Origin: an uncultured Candidatus Binatia bacterium
GTDB taxonomy: Bacteria; Desulfobacterota; Binatia; UBA9968; JAJDTQ01
Assembly: GCA_964291295.2 (NCBI GenBank)
Contig: OZ219754.1
Location: 3,072,001-3,136,000, forward strand
Length of the DNA stretch: 64,000 nucleotides
Direction: 5' to 3'
How positions within the stretch are numbered: position 1 is the first letter of the stretch; each line of letters starts with the position of its first letter. The translations under genes were made by a program, and so were the position numbers. The notes under the pieces were generated by a model. The model worked only from the letters and a program-made list of their open reading frames with translations, did not search any database and was not told the origin of the DNA. Positions 61,066 to 64,000 of the stretch are shown here, piece after piece.

Positions 61066-61929
61066 ATGCGCCCTGAAATCGTTCCCTTCCTCTCCGCCAT
61101 GGGCTGGGCCGTGGACTCAATTCTGGTGCGCAAGGGCGCGCGCACTTCGAGCGTTCTCAGCGCCGCATTCCTCAGCTATGTCGTGACCACCGTGCTGATG
61201 TGGTCCTTCGTGCTGCTCAACTTCCCGCTGGCCATCGTCCGCACCCGCGCCTCCCTCTACTTCATGACCAGCGGCACGATCCAGCCCCTGCTGGCCCGCA
61301 TTCTCCTCTACATCGGCATCGACCGTCTGGGAGTCGCCCGGGCCATGCCCCTGCGCGGCACCGGACCGTTCTTCTCCATAGCCATGGCGGTGATGTTCCT
61401 GGCCGAACGTCCAACGGCCCCGGTCTGGCTGGGAGCGGTCCTGATCGTGGCCGGCGGGTGGATGGTGCTCTATCGGAAGGGCGCCGCCAAGAGCGACTGG
61501 CGGTTCCTGGACGCCCTCTATCCGCTGCTGGCGGCCTTCCTGGCCGGGGTCTCCCAGAACTTCCGCAAGGTGGGACTGCTCATTCTGCCCAACCCGTTCG
61601 TGGCCGGCGCGGTCACCACCGGCACGTCGCTCACCCTCTTCGTGCTCTACCTCTGGATCAGACGGCAGTTCCCGGTGGTCGTACCAAGCCGGGAGAGCCT
61701 CCCCTACTTCGGACCCACCGCCTTCGTCTCGGCGGTCTCGCAACTCCTGGTCTTCACCTCGTTGAACCTGGGCGACGTGTCGGTGATGATCCCGCTGCTC
61801 AACACCACCCCGCTTTTCTCGCTCCTCTTCAGCGCGATCTTCCTGAGAGACCTGGAACGGGTCACGGTTCCCGTCATGCTCGGGGCATTGTCGCTGCTGG
61901 GCGGGGTGATCCTGATCGCGGCCCGGTAG
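61066..61929 (+). CDS. DMT/EamA family transporter
   Basis: About 10 TM segments in two repeats, FLAER / FLRDLERVT. Confidence 0.85.
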   Translation: MRPEIVPFLSAMGWAVDSILVRKGARTSSVLSAAFLSYVVTTVLMWSFVLLNFPLAIVRTRASLYFMTSGTIQPLLARILLYIGIDRLGVARAMPLRGTGPFFSIAMAVMFLAERPTAPVWLGAVLIVAGGWMVLYRKGAAKSDWRFLDALYPLLAAFLAGVSQNFRKVGLLILPNPFVAGAVTTGTSLTLFVLYLWIRRQFPVVVPSRESLPYFGPTAFVSAVSQLLVFTSLNLGDVSVMIPLLNTTPLFSLLFSAIFLRDLERVTVPVMLGALSLLGGVILIAAR

Positions 61930-62032
61930 CACTTCATGGAGACCGGGGAGGGCGCACGCCCGTGGCTCCCGGCGTTGCCCCGGTCACCATGGCACGTTCC
62001 CGGAGATGACCGAGAGAAGCGCCGCCGCCGGC

Positions 62033-63001
62033 TCAGTCCACCCGGTTCCGCCGCTCCCCGCGCCGGAACGCCTGGATGTTCTCGAACACTTCATCCATCA
62101 ACCGCTGGCGGGTCTCCCGGGCAGCCCAGGCGCAGTGGGGCGTGATCCACAGGCTGTCGAGGCGGGCGGCCGCAGCCATCATCGGATGGCCCGCCTCCGG
62201 CGGTTCCCGCGAGATCACGTCCAGGGCCGCGCCGGCGATCCGTCCCTGCTCCAGCGCCTCGATCAACGCCGCCTCGTCCACCAGGCCGCCGCGGGCCGTA
62301 TTGATCAGGTAGGCCGTGCGCTTCATCAGCGACAGGCTGCGCCGGTTGATGAACCCCTCGGTAAGCGGCGTCAGCGGACAGTGCAGGCTGACGAAGTCGG
62401 CCTGCCGCAGCACCTCGGCCACCGAGAACCGCTCCGGCTGCGGCCGCTCCTCTCCCACACGCCCGGCGACCATCACCCGCAGCCCGAGCACCCGAGCCAT
62501 CTCCGCCACCTTGCGGCCGATATTGCCGTAACCGACGATGCCCAGCACCCGCCCCCGGAGTTCGAAGCTCGGATAGTCGTGGCGCGTGAAGATGGTGCTT
62601 TCCTGCCAACGGCCCAGGCGCGTTCCCTGGGCGTAGCGGGCCGCCTGGGTGGCCAGTTCCAGGATCAGCGCCAAGGTGTACTGCGCCACCGCGGTGGTGG
62701 CGTAGCCCGGTACGTTGCACACGGCGATGCCGCGTTCCCTGGCGCATGCGATATCGACGTTGTCCGTGCCGGTGGCGCCCACCGCGATGAGCTTGAGCTG
62801 CGCGGCCGACGGGTGCTCCAGCCGCGGCCGGTCGAGAACCAACTTGTTGATCACCGCGCACTGGCAGCCGTCGAGCCGCCCGGGCAGTTGGTCCGCCTCG
62901 GTCAACTCGTGCACCGCGCACCCGCCGGCTTCCTCGAACCGGTCCAGTGCCACGACGCCGAACGTCGCCGCGTCCAGGAACGCCGTACGAAATCCGCTCA
63001 C
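62033..63001 (-). CDS. D-2-hydroxyacid dehydrogenase (glycerate dehydrogenase-like)
   Basis: ATGTDNVD, GYGNIG, LHCPLT, INTARG, ALDV..EP, TPHCAW; GTG start overlaps the cupin stop. Confidence 0.92.
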   Translation of the reverse strand: MSGFRTAFLDAATFGVVALDRFEEAGGCAVHELTEADQLPGRLDGCQCAVINKLVLDRPRLEHPSAAQLKLIAVGATGTDNVDIACARERGIAVCNVPGYATTAVAQYTLALILELATQAARYAQGTRLGRWQESTIFTRHDYPSFELRGRVLGIVGYGNIGRKVAEMARVLGLRVMVAGRVGEERPQPERFSVAEVLRQADFVSLHCPLTPLTEGFINRRSLSLMKRTAYLINTARGGLVDEAALIEALEQGRIAGAALDVISREPPEAGHPMMAAAARLDSLWITPHCAWAARETRQRLMDEVFENIQAFRRGERRNRVD

Positions 63002-63516
63002 GGCTCGTCCTTGCCCCCGGGACCGGTCTCGTCCTGGAAGTACGGCACCTCGGTCCCCTTCCGGTAGATGCCGCGGAACGGCTTCCGGCCCGACACCGAA
63101 GGGCCGGCGTACACGCCCACCTTGCCGGAGTCGGGGTAGTGGACGATGTCGGGGTACTGCATGGTGCTCACGCACAGATAGCGCAGGTCGCGCGCCGACG
63201 TGTTCACGAGCTGATGGGCCGTATCCAGGCCGCCCGGGCAGGCGATGAACATGCCCGCGCGCACGGCCACGGTCTCGCCGCCGAACCGCAGCGTCCCCTC
63301 CCCCTCCAGAATGTAGATCATCTCCTCGTTCAGGGTGTGGACGTGGAGCGGGAAAGCCGTCTTGCCCGGCGGGACGACAAAGAGGCCGCAGCCCAGCTTC
63401 CGCGCGCCCACGGCCACGCCGACGCGCTGCCGTGTACCGCCGAACGCGGTGCCCTCGGGAGCCGGCAACGGTTCCTCCGGAACGTCGGCAATGTGGACGA
63501 TATGTCTGTGACTCAT
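62998..63516 (-). CDS. Cupin domain protein
   Basis: PPGKTAFPLHVH..EEMIYILEGEG..AHQLVN..YPDSGK. Confidence 0.9.
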   Translation of the reverse strand: MSHRHIVHIADVPEEPLPAPEGTAFGGTRQRVGVAVGARKLGCGLFVVPPGKTAFPLHVHTLNEEMIYILEGEGTLRFGGETVAVRAGMFIACPGGLDTAHQLVNTSARDLRYLCVSTMQYPDIVHYPDSGKVGVYAGPSVSGRKPFRGIYRKGTEVPYFQDETGPGGKDEP

Positions 63517-63572
63517 GCCGGACCCCTTCCGCTAAAGCAGGGTATAACTTGAACTTACAATGACAACCCTAT

Positions 63573-63591
63573 GATAATGAAAGTAATTCTG
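63573..63591. promoter_or_regulatory. Fur-family box-like site
   Basis: GATAATGAAAGTAATTCTG matches 14/19 of GATAATGATAATCATTATC, in an AT-rich divergent intergenic region. Confidence 0.4.
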
Positions 63592-63698
63592 TCATACATC
63601 CCGGCGTTGCGGACCGCTTTCGGAAAGCCTCTTTCGGCCCGGAATCTGCATGACGGCGCCGATTGTGTTTCGCGGCGCGGCGTTGCTACACTCGGGCC

Positions 63699-64000
63699 AT
63701 GAGCCTGTGGCTGGCCTGCGCAATGGGTTTTTCCATCGCCTCCATGCCGGGCCCCATCCTGGCCCTCATCACCACCGAGACGCTCCGCCGGGGCGCGTGG
63801 CCCGGCGCGCAGGTGGCCTTGGCGCCCATGTGCGTCGACGCCTGCGTCATGCTGCCGCTGGTGATGGCACTCCAGTCCTCCATCCCCTCGGGCACCGGCG
63901 CGGTGGCCTTGGGAGTTGCCGGCGGCGGCTTCCTTTCATGGCTTGGAATCCAGTCCGTCCGCGCCGGTTCCACGGTGGCCGTGCCGGGCCGCCACCGGGG
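63699..64000 (+). CDS. LysE family translocator (partial, runs off window; not in ORF track)
   Basis: MSLWLACAMGFSIASMPGPILALITTETLRRG..D..GGGFLSWLG. Confidence 0.8.
   Translation, partial: MSLWLACAMGFSIASMPGPILALITTETLRRGAWPGAQVALAPMCVDACVMLPLVMALQSSIPSGTGAVALGVAGGGFLSWLGIQSVRAGSTVAVPGRHR

Overview
High-GC bacterial chromosome segment. The gene content resembles the former Deltaproteobacteria/Binatota, but that is inference only. It contains a housekeeping core (gltX, five standard tRNAs, rplU-rpmA-obgE-proB-proA-nadD-rsfS, queA-tgt-yajC-secD-secF-recJ, coaBC-udg-nfeD-SPFH, lipA, ssb). Accessory catabolic genes include a PhtC-like class II aldolase, LigAB, a ThDP enzyme, hydrolases, a TTT transporter and a xanthine-dehydrogenase-family trio. 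Trace-element genes include two MoeA paralogues, two cobalamin riboswitches with tonB and btuB, and tRNA-Sec. The best signal is split by the ORF track: a GrdB-like selenoprotein (35476-36804) with an in-frame TGA, a SECIS-like hairpin and a U-x-x-C-x-x-S motif. It overlaps a GrdE-like proprotein whose pyruvoyl-forming Cys appears replaced by Thr, and no grdA/C/D occurs in the window, so this is a candidate non-canonical selenium-dependent amine reductase module. Also notable are pervasive 11-19 bp tandem duplications, a candidate pseudoknotted RNA (5600-5803), a CI/LexA-like repressor with catalytic Lys->Arg, a Fic gene broken by a 2-bp insertion and a decayed DUF4338-ISAs1 element. All calls come from manual motif recognition; no database search was run.
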